In this document: piece by piece, positions 49,898-60,218 of the stretch
How positions within the stretch are numbered: the stretch's first letter is position 1
Layout of the letters: each line of letters begins with the position of its first letter
Source of the DNA: an uncultured Candidatus Saccharibacteria bacterium
GTDB lineage: Bacteria > Patescibacteriota > UBA1384 > GWA2-35-9 > CAYZGQ01
DNA: 64,000 nucleotides
NCBI GenBank assembly: GCA_964478135.1
Contig: CAYZGQ010000001.1
Coordinates: 3,365 to 67,364 of the forward strand
Direction: 5' to 3'
Notes under the pieces: model-generated
The model's input: only the letters and a program-made list of their open reading frames with translations
What the model was told of the DNA's origin: nothing
The model's database searches: none
Translations under genes and position numbers: made by a program

Positions 49898-50024
49898 GCT
49901 GGTTGTGATAGATTGAGTTAAGCGATCATTGTGCCCCGGTTGCGAACAACTATTGTCTAGTTTTTTCCAGTCCCAGTCCCAGTCTTTATTGCTAGTTGTC
50001 ACTATCTAACTTTTATGTAAAGTA

Positions 50025-50777
50025 ATGATTGGTTACCCGCTGATTATTGGCAACTGGAAGATGATGACGACCTTGTCCGACGCGATGGTAGTGCTCTCGA
50101 TGCTTAAAAAGCGGGCCGAGGGGCTGGGACAGGTTGAAATCGTACCCTGCCCACCCTTTGTTTATTTAGTTCCAGCCAAAGAAGAGCTGGCGCGCGCCCC
50201 CCACAACCTTAAGCTGGGCGCGCAGAGTGTTTTTTGGAAGGAGCAAGGGGCTTACACTGGTCAGATTTCAATTAAAATGCTCAAGGGTTTAGTTGATTAT
50301 GTAATCGTTGGTCACAGCGAGGTCATGCGCTGGGGCTATGAAACGTTAGATCAAGTTAGTCGCAAAGTTAATTTGTGTCTTGATTACGGTCTAACCCCGA
50401 TAATTTGCCTAGGTGAGGAGCACAAAAGCGATCACTCCAGCGCGACACTAGGACGCAATCTCCAATTGATTCTCAAAAACGTCCCAAAGGCTGATTTTGA
50501 CAAGTTGGTTATCTGCTACGAGCCGGTTTGGGCGATTTCCAGGGGCGATCTTAAAACAAGCCAAGCCGCCAGCGGCAGTTATGCCCAAAAAATGGCTTCC
50601 AAAATTCGCCAGGTTATTGGAGGCCAAGGCCGTATTCTCTACGGCGGGTCAGTCACAGCCGAAAACGCGGTCGAGTTTTTGCACCAGGATGATATCCAAG
50701 GTTTATTGGTTGGGGCGGCGTCACTTAAGGCAAGAGAGTTTTTAGCGATCTGCGAGCTAGCGAGCGATCTGGGCTAG
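50025..50777 (+). CDS. tpiA: triosephosphate isomerase
   Basis: NWKM, GHSE and YEPVWAI motifs. Confidence 0.88.
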   Translation: MIGYPLIIGNWKMMTTLSDAMVVLSMLKKRAEGLGQVEIVPCPPFVYLVPAKEELARAPHNLKLGAQSVFWKEQGAYTGQISIKMLKGLVDYVIVGHSEVMRWGYETLDQVSRKVNLCLDYGLTPIICLGEEHKSDHSSATLGRNLQLILKNVPKADFDKLVICYEPVWAISRGDLKTSQAASGSYAQKMASKIRQVIGGQGRILYGGSVTAENAVEFLHQDDIQGLLVGAASLKAREFLAICELASDLG

Positions 50778-50808
50778 TCAGACTTATGGAAATAATTAGC
50801 TGCCAGCT

Positions 50809-51867
50809 GTGAAACTAAGAACCGTCAAGAACGTTAGTTGTTCGGGCCAACGAGTTTTGGTCAGAACCGGTTTCGATGTTCCGATTAAAAGTGGTCGGGT
50901 CCTAGATATTGGCAGGCTCGAAGCCGCTGGCCCAACCTTAAAGTATTTGATTAAGCGCCAAGCTCGTTTGATTATCGCGTCTCATCAGGGCCGTCCTGAT
51001 GGAAAATTTTTAGCCGCCTTGAGTCTTAGGCCGATCATAAAGGTGATTGAACGACTGCTTAATCGGCCGGTTATTTTTGCCAAGAGATGCGTTGGCGTTC
51101 AAACTAGAAAAATGGTCAGTCAGCTTGTGCCAGGCGAGGTAATGTTGCTTGAAAACTTGCGTTTTGAGCCGGGTGAGACGGCCAACGATCCAAGTTTTGC
51201 CCGTCAACTGGCCGGATTGTGCGACATTTATGTCAACGAGGCTTTCCCTAACTGTCATCGAAACCACGCCAGCATGACCGGTCTGGCTAAACTTGTGCCA
51301 GCCTACGCCGGGTTTCAAGTTGAACAAGAGGTTTTTCAGCTTTCCAAGCTCCTGGCGTCTCCGGCTAAACCATTTGTGGTGATTATCGGCGGAGCCAAGG
51401 TTGAGGACAAAGCGTCAGTCATCGATCGGTTAAAGAGCAAGGCCGATTGGGTGCTGGTCGGCGGTAAGACAGCCCTTGAAATTAACCAGCGCGGTTTGTA
51501 TCGAGCTGACAAAAACGTCTTGGTCGCTGATGATTTTGTCCTGGACGAATCAGGTGTCAAGCTTGATATTAGCCGAAAGGTTGTCGATTGGTTTACCCCG
51601 AAGATTTTGAAGGCCCAAACTATTTTTTGGAATGGCAATCTAGGCAAGACCGAGGATGCCCGTTTTAGGGCTGGCAGCGAGACGATTGGGGCGCTTGTGG
51701 CCAATTCGTCAGCCGTGAGCGTGATTGGCGGCGGCGATACAGCCAACCTTGTCCGAGAGTTAGGGATTGCTCGCAAGATGACCTTTATCTCAACCGGCGG
51801 CGGGGCGACGACCCAATTTCTGGCTACCGGCGGACGTTTGCCAGGACTCGAACCGCTCTATCGTTAG
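50809..51867 (+). CDS. pgk: phosphoglycerate kinase (compact form)
   Basis: RVLVRTGFDVP and the ASHQGRP N-domain signature. C-domain nucleotide-binding GGGD/GGA motifs. Confidence 0.88.
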   Translation: MKLRTVKNVSCSGQRVLVRTGFDVPIKSGRVLDIGRLEAAGPTLKYLIKRQARLIIASHQGRPDGKFLAALSLRPIIKVIERLLNRPVIFAKRCVGVQTRKMVSQLVPGEVMLLENLRFEPGETANDPSFARQLAGLCDIYVNEAFPNCHRNHASMTGLAKLVPAYAGFQVEQEVFQLSKLLASPAKPFVVIIGGAKVEDKASVIDRLKSKADWVLVGGKTALEINQRGLYRADKNVLVADDFVLDESGVKLDISRKVVDWFTPKILKAQTIFWNGNLGKTEDARFRAGSETIGALVANSSAVSVIGGGDTANLVRELGIARKMTFISTGGGATTQFLATGGRLPGLEPLYR

Positions 51868-52017
51868 TTTTTAGACTTGTCAAGTCTACTGGTAGCCCTA
51901 CATGCTCTGAACAATGTCAGTTAATTATGATTTGAACCTTGTTAGGTTTTTGTAATTATCAGTGTCAGAGGTTTACAATCAAACCTTGATTAGTTATGGT
52001 GAGCGGCTGGAGGAGAT

Positions 52018-52410
52018 ATGGCAAAGCATCTGGCTATTTTTAGCCCTAATCAACTGATCGAAAAAATTTTTCGCTCTATCAAGACGGTTGATGGTCGCTT
52101 GACCCAAGACCGAGTCGCTCCCTATGGGTTGGTTAAAAAAGGCGACACAATCCTGATTAAAATCAGCGGCGGACCGGTTTTAGGTCAGGTTGAAGTGGAT
52201 AACGTTTTGTTTTTTGAGCTGACAGATGGGGAACTATTGGGTAAACTTCGGAAAGAGTATGGGGCTGACATGGCGGTTGACGATCGTTTCTGGGAACTTA
52301 AACGAGAGGCCCGCTTTGCCAGCATCATCTTCTTAACCAAACCCAAACGTTACCTGACGGCGCTCAAGTTCAAAAAGCGCGATCGCCGGGCTTGGGTCGT
52401 AGTGGGATAA
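52018..52410 (+). CDS. ASCH/PUA-like domain protein
   Basis: 130 aa, basic C-terminus. Only the beta-barrel pattern is consistent with ASCH. Weak call. Confidence 0.35.
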   Translation: MAKHLAIFSPNQLIEKIFRSIKTVDGRLTQDRVAPYGLVKKGDTILIKISGGPVLGQVEVDNVLFFELTDGELLGKLRKEYGADMAVDDRFWELKREARFASIIFLTKPKRYLTALKFKKRDRRAWVVVG

Positions 52411-52540
52411 AAGAAGGAGGTTGTCCTTTGACAATTATTCGTCGGTCGATTTTATCGGTCGGCTCGTGCATTTTAATGGCGGAAAATTTGTCGGATTGTG
52501 GGATTAGTGGATCGATGGCAAAGCTAAAAGGAGGTAGGGA

Positions 52541-53404
52541 ATGAACAATCTTACTCTAGAAAATCTTTCCTTGCCCAAGGAAGATTATTTTAAGATCAAC
52601 TTTCAAGTTACCGATGAGATGTGCCTGGGTCATTTTGATCCCAAACGACACTACGGGGTCTTGCCTGGTGCGTACCTTTTTGGGTTGGTTTGTGATTATT
52701 TCACCCAGAATAATAACCGTTCAATCACTGCAATTACTAAAGCTCAATTTACCCGACTGATACTACCGAGCATGGAGGTGTTAATCGAAGTTTGGATCAA
52801 GGGCAATCAGGTAAGAGTGGTTTGTTTTGCCGAAGGCCGGTCGGCGGCTACCATGGATCTGTTGCTGACCGAGTTGTCCGGGTCACAGGACGATTGCCCA
52901 GGCGCAGTGTCTTTGGCCGGAACTTATCTCCCATCCGATCAACTTAATGACTTATTGCCGTTTAGTTCTGATTTTATATTGATTCGGGATGTCGTAATCG
53001 GAGAGGATTGTTCCTTCTGTCTTGTTAGATCGAAACAAGACCCTCGTTTTTTTGACGATCAAAGGTTAAAATTGTCGGGTCTGATCGAAGCCGGTAATCA
53101 TTTATTAATCACTCACGTCTTATCACTCCATCAGGAGCTCGTCGGACAGGTGCCGTTTCTGGTCAGGCTGACCGATGTCAGCTTCTCGGGCCCTCGACTG
53201 GTTAATCCGAATTGTGTTCTACTGATGGTTGATAATCTTAATATGCGAGGTAATCACGGACGTGCTCGAGTAATCGGCTGTCAGACGGATGTAACAGAAA
53301 TCTACCGGGCTCAAGTTAGCTTCCGTAGTGACTCAAGTGGTGTCGAGCATAAATACCAACCCGGTACGCCAGTACCGAGCAACCCATCCCCAGCTTTGCC
53401 TTGA
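52541..53404 (+). CDS. double hotdog-fold protein, N-terminal half FabZ-like dehydratase
   Basis: CLGHFDPKRHYGVLPGAYLFGLV and ITKAQFTRLILPSMEVLIEV align with the FabZ segments GHFPxxPVMPGVLxxEA and IDKARFKRxVxPGDxL. Strong SD (aaaggaggtagggaATG). Confidence 0.55.
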   Translation: MNNLTLENLSLPKEDYFKINFQVTDEMCLGHFDPKRHYGVLPGAYLFGLVCDYFTQNNNRSITAITKAQFTRLILPSMEVLIEVWIKGNQVRVVCFAEGRSAATMDLLLTELSGSQDDCPGAVSLAGTYLPSDQLNDLLPFSSDFILIRDVVIGEDCSFCLVRSKQDPRFFDDQRLKLSGLIEAGNHLLITHVLSLHQELVGQVPFLVRLTDVSFSGPRLVNPNCVLLMVDNLNMRGNHGRARVIGCQTDVTEIYRAQVSFRSDSSGVEHKYQPGTPVPSNPSPALP

Positions 53405-54152
53405 ACCGGCTAAAACGGTGGTAATAACTGGCGGATCGGGGACGATCGGTCGAGCGATGGTCTGGCAATTCGGGGCCAATGGCTGCGACGTAGTGGTCCA
53501 GTATAATAGAGACGAACCGGCGGCTCGATTTACTGCCGAGTCAGCCCAACGGCAGTTTGGGGTCAAGACCTGGCTTGTCCAGCAAGATTTTGCTCAACCA
53601 GGATCTGGCAAGAATTTCTGGCTCAATGTCAAAGCTATAGTCGGCCAAACCCCGGACATTCTGGTCATCAATGCCGGTTTCCTTGGCATCGGATCAAACG
53701 GGCTTTCCCTGACTGAAGAAGAATTATATGACAGTATCCAAGTCAACGCCGTGCAACCGTTTTTCTTAATGCAGGCGATGATGAATGACCCGGACACCCC
53801 CTCTGATTCCCAAATCTTGGTCCATCTTTCTAAGGGTTGGGACAAGTGGCTGCCCGGTTACGCTGGATTAGGCATGGCCAAAGCCCTTCTGATGCGGATG
53901 GTCATTGAACTAGCCCAAGTAGGAGCGCCCCGCCGTATTTGCGTCAACGCCATTACGAGCGACCTAGTTGCCCAGACCGACGTTATGAATTGGTTTCCCC
54001 CTCATGAGGTCGCGCTCCACCTCGATCGGATGCCCTTTGGGAGACTGATATACCCAGAGGATGTGGCAATATTTTTCTGCCACACTGCCTGTAACTTAGG
54101 TGTTACCGGCCAAAACCTTGTGTTCGATGGCGGGGTAGGGAATGTAGCATGA
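53328..54152 (+). CDS. SDR-family oxidoreductase (atypical active-site spacing)
   Basis: Rossmann motif TGGSGTIGRA and an NAG motif. The Tyr...Lys spacing is non-canonical (YAGLGMAK). The start is uncertain: the ATG at 53328 overlaps the upstream gene by 76 nt, and the GTG at 53418 gives a non-overlapping start just before the Gly motif. Confidence 0.7.
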   Translation: MTQVVSSINTNPVRQYRATHPQLCLEPAKTVVITGGSGTIGRAMVWQFGANGCDVVVQYNRDEPAARFTAESAQRQFGVKTWLVQQDFAQPGSGKNFWLNVKAIVGQTPDILVINAGFLGIGSNGLSLTEEELYDSIQVNAVQPFFLMQAMMNDPDTPSDSQILVHLSKGWDKWLPGYAGLGMAKALLMRMVIELAQVGAPRRICVNAITSDLVAQTDVMNWFPPHEVALHLDRMPFGRLIYPEDVAIFFCHTACNLGVTGQNLVFDGGVGNVA

Positions 54153-54214
54153 GATTTTCAGTCAAAGAAGGCCCAAACAGGCCTTCTTTTGAGAGCCGGG
54201 TCGTGCTAGAGTAA

Positions 54215-55486
54215 TTGGCACAGATGGCGAATCGTCACTCTAGTTCGAGCCGACTTTCAGTCCCCGAGATTAAGGTGAGCCTCAAAAAGTTGCCTCGGTC
54301 ACGGGTTGCGCTGACGATTAGAGTATTCCAACAAATGTTAGGCGCCACGGCCAAACGGGTCTACTCAGCCATTGCTCCCCAAGTGACAGTGGCCGGCTTT
54401 CGGCCGGGCAAGGCGCCGATTGACAAAACGATCGAGGCGTTCGGTCGCGTCCGTTTTAGCAACGAAGTCCTTAACTTAGCCCTAAAAGAAAGCTACCAGC
54501 AGGGGCTTGAGAAAAATCAACTTGTGCCAGTGGCTGGGCCCTCAATCAGCTTGGCGGCTTGGCGGCTCGACGAGCGTGGCCGGCCGCTTGAGAATCTAGT
54601 CTACACGGCTGAAGTTGATGTCATGCCCAAGGTGTCAGTCAGCGGCTACCAGTCGATCCGTCTCAAAGACTATCAACCGTTGTCAAGCGAGGTGACCGAT
54701 CAGGAGGTTGAGGCGGTGTTAGATCATTTGAGCCGTCAGCGGGGTGAGCTCAAACCGCTTGACCGACCGGCGAGACTGGGAGACTGGATCCTTATTAGTT
54801 TTAAGGGCAGTATCGAAGGTGTGGTCAAAGAGCCGCTCACGTCAAAAAATTATCCTCTTGTTCTTGGGTCGAGGCGAATGGTCCATGGTTTTGAAGATAA
54901 TGTGGTTGGTATGAAGGCTGGTCAAAAAAAAACCTTTGAGTTGAGACTGCCCAAGTCAATCAAGGATTTGGGCGGCCGGAGAGCGGGCTTTGAAGTTTTG
55001 CTCCATGAGGTTAAAGAAATTATTAAGCGGCCGATTGACCAGGCCTTTGCCCAGTCTCTTGGTCACGAATCTCTTGAGAGTCTTAAAAAGGCGATCAGGG
55101 CCAATTTAGTTCGGGAAAAGAGTCAACGGGCGCGTCAACACCTGGAACAGACCGCTATACGGGAACTGCTTAAAAAACTGTCAGTCGAGATTCCAGACAG
55201 CTTAATCGAGCGTGAGCTTGGGCGGATGCTCGATTCGATTCGTGAGAGCGTTACCAAACAGGGACTGACCATGGAGGGCTACTTGGCTTCAATTAAAAAG
55301 ACGATCGAGCAACTGGCCCAAGACCTTCGAACCCGAGCCCAAGACTCGGTTCGAGCCGGTTTAGCCTTGACCGCACTTGGCCAGGCCGAAGCAATTGATA
55401 CCAATCAGCCAGGGTCAACTAATAAAGTGATTAACAGATTGATCGAGATTGGACTGCGATCAGATAAGAAATCAGATAAGAATTGA
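54215..55486 (+). CDS. tig: trigger factor
   Basis: N-terminal ribosome-binding signature (GFRPGKAP), a central PPIase-like domain and a C-terminal helical arm. Confidence 0.85.
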   Translation: MAQMANRHSSSSRLSVPEIKVSLKKLPRSRVALTIRVFQQMLGATAKRVYSAIAPQVTVAGFRPGKAPIDKTIEAFGRVRFSNEVLNLALKESYQQGLEKNQLVPVAGPSISLAAWRLDERGRPLENLVYTAEVDVMPKVSVSGYQSIRLKDYQPLSSEVTDQEVEAVLDHLSRQRGELKPLDRPARLGDWILISFKGSIEGVVKEPLTSKNYPLVLGSRRMVHGFEDNVVGMKAGQKKTFELRLPKSIKDLGGRRAGFEVLLHEVKEIIKRPIDQAFAQSLGHESLESLKKAIRANLVREKSQRARQHLEQTAIRELLKKLSVEIPDSLIERELGRMLDSIRESVTKQGLTMEGYLASIKKTIEQLAQDLRTRAQDSVRAGLALTALGQAEAIDTNQPGSTNKVINRLIEIGLRSDKKSDKN

Positions 55487-55562
55487 CAATACGAGACCGA
55501 TTGATGATAGGGCTGACCTAACGAGTTTCGAAACCGAGCCGATCGGGCGATCGGGACAAATT

Positions 55563-56222
55563 ATGGACAAACTGTCCAAAAACACGTTAAAATACAGTCA
55601 ATATAAGGCAATGAATCAAAAAACCGTTGAGACAAACCAAATGCTCGTGCCAATGGTCCTGGAAAAAAGCCAGTTTGGCGAGCGAGCCTACGATATTTTT
55701 TCTCGCTTGCTCAAGGATCGGATTATTTTTCTGGGCACGCCGATCACCGACGAAGTGGCCAATCTTGTAATGGCCCAACTGCTTTTTTTGGAAGCAGACG
55801 ATCCTAAAAAGGACATTCAGATGTATATTAACTCGCCCGGGGGAGTGGTCACGGCTGGTTTGGCGATCTATGACACCTTGTGTTATCTCAAGTCCGATGT
55901 TTCGACTATCTGTATCGGTCAGGCCGCCTCGGCGTCGGCAATTTTACTGGCCGCTGGCACTAAAGGCAAGCGCTACGCCCTGCCTAACGCCCGGGTTATG
56001 ATTCACCAGGTTATGGGCGGAGCCGAGGGTCAGGCCAAGGATGTTGAGATTCAAACCCGGGAAATCATGCGGGTCAAACAAGCGATTAACCAGATTATGG
56101 CGAGACACACCGGCCAGCTGATCGATAAAATTGAGCGCGACACCGACCGAGATTTTTACATGAGCGCCGAGGAAGCCAAAAAGTATGGTATTATTGATCA
56201 GATTATTACCAAAGCGAAGTGA
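55563..56222 (+). CDS. clpP: ATP-dependent Clp protease proteolytic subunit
   Basis: The catalytic Ser in the GQAAS(A) context, His and Asp, and ERDxxRDxxMSAxEAxxYG at the C-terminus. The internal ATG at 55563 is preferred over the ORF-track start at 55449, which overlaps tig. Confidence 0.9.
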   Translation: MDKLSKNTLKYSQYKAMNQKTVETNQMLVPMVLEKSQFGERAYDIFSRLLKDRIIFLGTPITDEVANLVMAQLLFLEADDPKKDIQMYINSPGGVVTAGLAIYDTLCYLKSDVSTICIGQAASASAILLAAGTKGKRYALPNARVMIHQVMGGAEGQAKDVEIQTREIMRVKQAINQIMARHTGQLIDKIERDTDRDFYMSAEEAKKYGIIDQIITKAK

Positions 56223-56251
56223 ATATTTAGGCTAAGCTCATTACGAATAGT

Positions 56252-57007
56252 TTGATCCCTAATCAGATAAAAAAAGTGTCTAAGTCCAAGACAGATACTC
56301 GAGATGGTTATTATGGCCGATCGTATTATTGCCAGGCTGAACGGGGCTATCACGAAAGCCATCTTGATCGGGCGCGAGATCAAAAGGCGCTCCATCCCTT
56401 TTTTTGGTCAGTCTTAACCGAGGGAAAGTTTCAGCCAAAGACACTGCTCGATGCCGGTTGCGGTTTGGGTCTGTACGCCGATTTTGCGGCGAGCCAAGGG
56501 GTGGTTGTCACCGGTCTTGACCGTTCCAGTTTTGCCTGTCAGGAATCAAGTCAGCTACTCGGATCAAACAAGGTGGTCAGGCATGATTTGGAAAAGACAG
56601 CCATACCCTTTAGGGCCAACAGATTTGATGCGGTAGCTTGCCTGGACGTGATCGAGCACGTCAAGAGGGATCAGTATGTCCTTAATCAAATTTACCGGGT
56701 AATTAAACCTGGCGGACGAATTTTAATCACCACACCCAACGCGTCTGGCTGGTGGCATAGAATTTTTGGTCAAAGTGATTTTAGCCATGTTAATGTCCAG
56801 GATCAGCGCTACTGGCGCCAACTTTTAACCAAGACCGGCTTTATCAATATCGAGCTAACCGGCATAGCTTTATTCGATCTCTTGCCCCATAAAAGATTGA
56901 GAAAACTTTTTAAACGCCGACGGGCGCGGCCGATCCGATTATCTTGGCCACCCTTTTTGGTTTGGGCCTTAGTTATCAGAGCCTCAAAGCCGGTAGGCTG
57001 GTCTTAG
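56252..57007 (+). CDS. class I SAM-dependent methyltransferase
   Basis: Motif I LDAGCGLGLY and post-I/II motifs (VIKPGGRILITTPN). Confidence 0.75.
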   Translation: MIPNQIKKVSKSKTDTRDGYYGRSYYCQAERGYHESHLDRARDQKALHPFFWSVLTEGKFQPKTLLDAGCGLGLYADFAASQGVVVTGLDRSSFACQESSQLLGSNKVVRHDLEKTAIPFRANRFDAVACLDVIEHVKRDQYVLNQIYRVIKPGGRILITTPNASGWWHRIFGQSDFSHVNVQDQRYWRQLLTKTGFINIELTGIALFDLLPHKRLRKLFKRRRARPIRLSWPPFLVWALVIRASKPVGWS

Positions 57008-57044
57008 AGCATCTGATCGTGGTATCGTAGTATTATCACGCTTT

Positions 57045-58163
57045 TTGGGAAAAGGAGGGATCATTAAAACAGGCGGTAAAAGGATCTTAATTTTAAACTG
57101 GTACGATAAGCGTCATCCCAAATCAGGGGGGGCTGAAGTTTACCTTGAAGAGGTGGCTAAAGAGCTTAGTTTACTTGGCCATGAAGTCCATTGGTTTGCT
57201 AGTTCCTTTTCTGGTAATACTCCCCACGAGTTAGTTGAGGGTATCACAATCGAGCGTTTTCATCAGTCGTACTTAATCAATCTAGTCAGCTTGTGGCGTT
57301 TGTTCAAGGAGCGTTCCCGTTTTGATCTGGTGATTGACGCGACCAACAAATTGCCTTACCTAACCTCGATATTTTTTAGATCAAAATCCTTGCCCTTGTT
57401 TTTGCACATCAACGATCAAATTTTTACCAAAGAATTCGGCCAGATTTTTGGTCGGCTGGGCAGGTGGTTTGAACGACAGATGGTCAAAACCTACCGTCGG
57501 CTCAAGGTTGTGGCGATCTCGAAAAGCACGGCCAGCGATCTTGAAAAATTGGGATTGTCACAAGAACAAGTCGTGATCGCGGTTCCAGGTGTTAAGACCG
57601 ATCTGTACCGCCCTGGCAAAAAATCTGACTATCCTTTGATCGTGTCGGTCAACAGACTCCGCCGCTATAAAAACCTCGACATTTTGATCAAGTCTTTTAA
57701 GGCTGTTAACCGGTCAATTCCTAAAGCCCGGCTCGTGATAATGGGCAGGGGTCCAGATTATGCCCGTTTGGTTAGGTTGATTCATAAGTTCAAGCTTGAG
57801 CAATCGGTCAGACTGACTGGATTTGTGTCCGAGAGGGAAAAAATTAACTGGCTTCAAAAAGCTTGGATTCACGTCAATCCTTCAACCAAAGAAGGTTGGG
57901 GTCTTAACGTGATTGACGCGGCGGCCTGCGGCACGCCCTCGGTCGGAAGCGATGTCGCGGGTTTGAGAGATTCGATCCAAGATGGTGCTACAGGTTGGCT
58001 GGTGCCAGTTGGAGCCGAGTCTGCTTTGTCAAGAAAGCTGATTAAAGTTTTAAAAGACCATCAGCTAAGGCGGCAGATTGGTAAACGATGCCTCGGCTGG
58101 GCCAGTCAATTCAGCTGGGCGCAGACCGCTCGAATGTTCGATGAAGTCATTAGCTCTCGCTAG
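57045..58163 (+). CDS. GT4-family glycosyltransferase (GT-B fold)
   Basis: N-terminal GGAEVY and the C-terminal EGWGLNVIDAAACGTPSV(G)SD motif (the E-x7-E region). Confidence 0.8.
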   Translation: MGKGGIIKTGGKRILILNWYDKRHPKSGGAEVYLEEVAKELSLLGHEVHWFASSFSGNTPHELVEGITIERFHQSYLINLVSLWRLFKERSRFDLVIDATNKLPYLTSIFFRSKSLPLFLHINDQIFTKEFGQIFGRLGRWFERQMVKTYRRLKVVAISKSTASDLEKLGLSQEQVVIAVPGVKTDLYRPGKKSDYPLIVSVNRLRRYKNLDILIKSFKAVNRSIPKARLVIMGRGPDYARLVRLIHKFKLEQSVRLTGFVSEREKINWLQKAWIHVNPSTKEGWGLNVIDAAACGTPSVGSDVAGLRDSIQDGATGWLVPVGAESALSRKLIKVLKDHQLRRQIGKRCLGWASQFSWAQTARMFDEVISSR

Positions 58164-60174
58164 GACAGATCAATTTAAGCTGTTTTTGAGTGTCATTGTT
58201 AGTTTAGCCTTTGTGTGGCGACTGACAATCGCCCTAGCCGGGCCCTGGCGGCCGGATGAAATTGTCTATATTGACTGGCTTGGTCAGTGGTTTCGCGGTC
58301 ATTTTTTTGAGTATTTTTTTCAGATTAAACAGACCGTTTTTCCGCCCCAGTCACCGGTTTTTGGCAACCCTCCTTTAGCCATGTGGTTGATGGCGCTCGC
58401 AAGCGCCGTGTCCGAGTTTTTCGGTCAAAGCGCTTTAATCGGAGCGAGACTGGTTAACGTTTTCTTGGGTTCGCTGGCGGTTTACCTGACAGCTAGTTTA
58501 GGCAAGCGCCTGTTTAGCCATAAGGTTGGTCTTGTGGCGGCGGCAACAATGGCCGCGACTCCTTTTGTGGCGGTCAACAACGCCACAGCTTACCTTGACA
58601 CGCTTTTGGTAAGCTTGATTATCGCCAGCTGGCTCGTTCTTGAGAGTTATCGCAGATCCAATACTAGAGCGAACGCTCTAATGATTGGGGTGATTAATGG
58701 TTTAGCCTTGCTGACCAAGGCCAGCGCCTTGCCTTTTGTCCTCCTTAATCTGATTGGAGTGTACGTCTTAACTCGATCGACCGGTCTCTTTCGAGGCAGA
58801 CAGTTGAGAGTGGCTTTTTGGTCCAGCTTGATCGTACCGCTTGTTTTGTGGCCTGGCGCCAGGGATTTTGGCCATATCTACCAGATAATTAGTTACTTCT
58901 CAACAATCGGCAAAGAAGCCCTGTTTGAGAGTCTGGCTCCAACGTCTCTAATTTACTTAAACATGATGGTCAGTATCCTGCCTTTGGCTTCAGTGTTTGG
59001 ATTAGGGTTGTTTATCGTTTGGTTTATTAAGGACGGCCTGGAGAGCCGGCCAGCCTGGTGGCTAGTTCTAAATCTGGCGGCCTACTTCAGTTTTTTGATC
59101 GCCATCACTGGTCCTAGGGATAGCCATCACTTGGTGGTGATATCGCCAGCCCTGTCTATAATATCGGCCCTTGGGCTAGTCTGGATTTTCAAACGATTAA
59201 ATCAATCCGCTGTCTTGACTCTTAAAATCGTGGTCGCGCTTTCGTTTTTGGCTCCCGCCCTGTCGATTAAACCGGCCTTCGCCAGCTTGTATGTTAACAG
59301 CCTGATCACTAAGAATCAGGCAAGAGACAAGTTCGTTCTGGCCAGTGGAGGTGAGGGTCTAGTTGAGTTGGCGGCCTGGCTCAAAGAAAACGTTGGAGGG
59401 CAAGACGTGATCGCCAGCGGCTACGAAAATTTTCAGCTGGCCAAATATATTGATAATCCGATCGTGCCCTTTTTTGGTTTTGATGGACTAGATGGAGTCA
59501 GGGCTCGAGGCGCCAATTGGGTCGTGGTAACAAGCTCTATAGAGAATCGGTCCAATCAGGCGAGCTGGCGCTACTTTAGCCAGCTCGCACCGAACTTTGA
59601 AGTATCCTATCAAGGTTTGACCGTTCAAAGGGTTTATAAAATTAACTATGACGACACATTCTCGGGCGTTAATATTAAGATCGGTCACCCTGGCTTAACA
59701 TCCTGGAGAACGGGCAAGCGTTTACCCCAAGATGAAGTTATTTTTGTTCCAGAAGAAGGGGGGGTAAAGATTGACTACAGCTTCCCTGACGAAGGACCGC
59801 TTAGCTGGTTTTTCCTGGAATCAGAGGCTGTTTTTGATCTAAAGCCATACCGGGGGATCGCCCTTGATGTTTATGGGGATGGTCTTGGAATAGACACTCT
59901 AACAACCCATCGGGGTTTGCCTCGGCAGTCGCTCAAAATTGACCTAATGGGGGAAAACAGGAGAGCCAATGTTTTAAGATACAGCCTCGGTGTCGCGTGG
60001 CCGGGCTGGCGCAGGGTCTATATTCCGTTTGAGCTGTTCCAGCCGCAAGTTCTAGAACCAGATGTTACCATGCCCGGACTAAGTGATAAACTGGTGCTCA
60101 AATTTGCCCTTGATTCAAGGTCACAACAGCGGGCTAAAATCGGTTTGCGCAACATTGTTTTAGTTCCAAAGTAG
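58141..60174 (+). CDS. GT-C fold glycosyltransferase (PMT/ArnT, GT39/GT83-like) with C-terminal extracytoplasmic domain
   Basis: About 11 TM helices in the first 400 aa. The conserved loop-1 acidic motif RPDEIVY occurs right after TM1, as in PMT/ArnT enzymes. The start at the internal Met MKSLALA overlaps the preceding gene by 23 nt. Confidence 0.6.
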   Translation: MKSLALARTDQFKLFLSVIVSLAFVWRLTIALAGPWRPDEIVYIDWLGQWFRGHFFEYFFQIKQTVFPPQSPVFGNPPLAMWLMALASAVSEFFGQSALIGARLVNVFLGSLAVYLTASLGKRLFSHKVGLVAAATMAATPFVAVNNATAYLDTLLVSLIIASWLVLESYRRSNTRANALMIGVINGLALLTKASALPFVLLNLIGVYVLTRSTGLFRGRQLRVAFWSSLIVPLVLWPGARDFGHIYQIISYFSTIGKEALFESLAPTSLIYLNMMVSILPLASVFGLGLFIVWFIKDGLESRPAWWLVLNLAAYFSFLIAITGPRDSHHLVVISPALSIISALGLVWIFKRLNQSAVLTLKIVVALSFLAPALSIKPAFASLYVNSLITKNQARDKFVLASGGEGLVELAAWLKENVGGQDVIASGYENFQLAKYIDNPIVPFFGFDGLDGVRARGANWVVVTSSIENRSNQASWRYFSQLAPNFEVSYQGLTVQRVYKINYDDTFSGVNIKIGHPGLTSWRTGKRLPQDEVIFVPEEGGVKIDYSFPDEGPLSWFFLESEAVFDLKPYRGIALDVYGDGLGIDTLTTHRGLPRQSLKIDLMGENRRANVLRYSLGVAWPGWRRVYIPFELFQPQVLEPDVTMPGLSDKLVLKFALDSRSQQRAKIGLRNIVLVPK

Positions 60175-60218
60175 GGGATTGTTTGCTCCGGGTTTTGTCA
60201 AGTGACTAGAGCTGGCCC

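Noticed and set aside
51336-51776. 146-aa minus-strand ORF
   Set aside because: Antisense to pgk.
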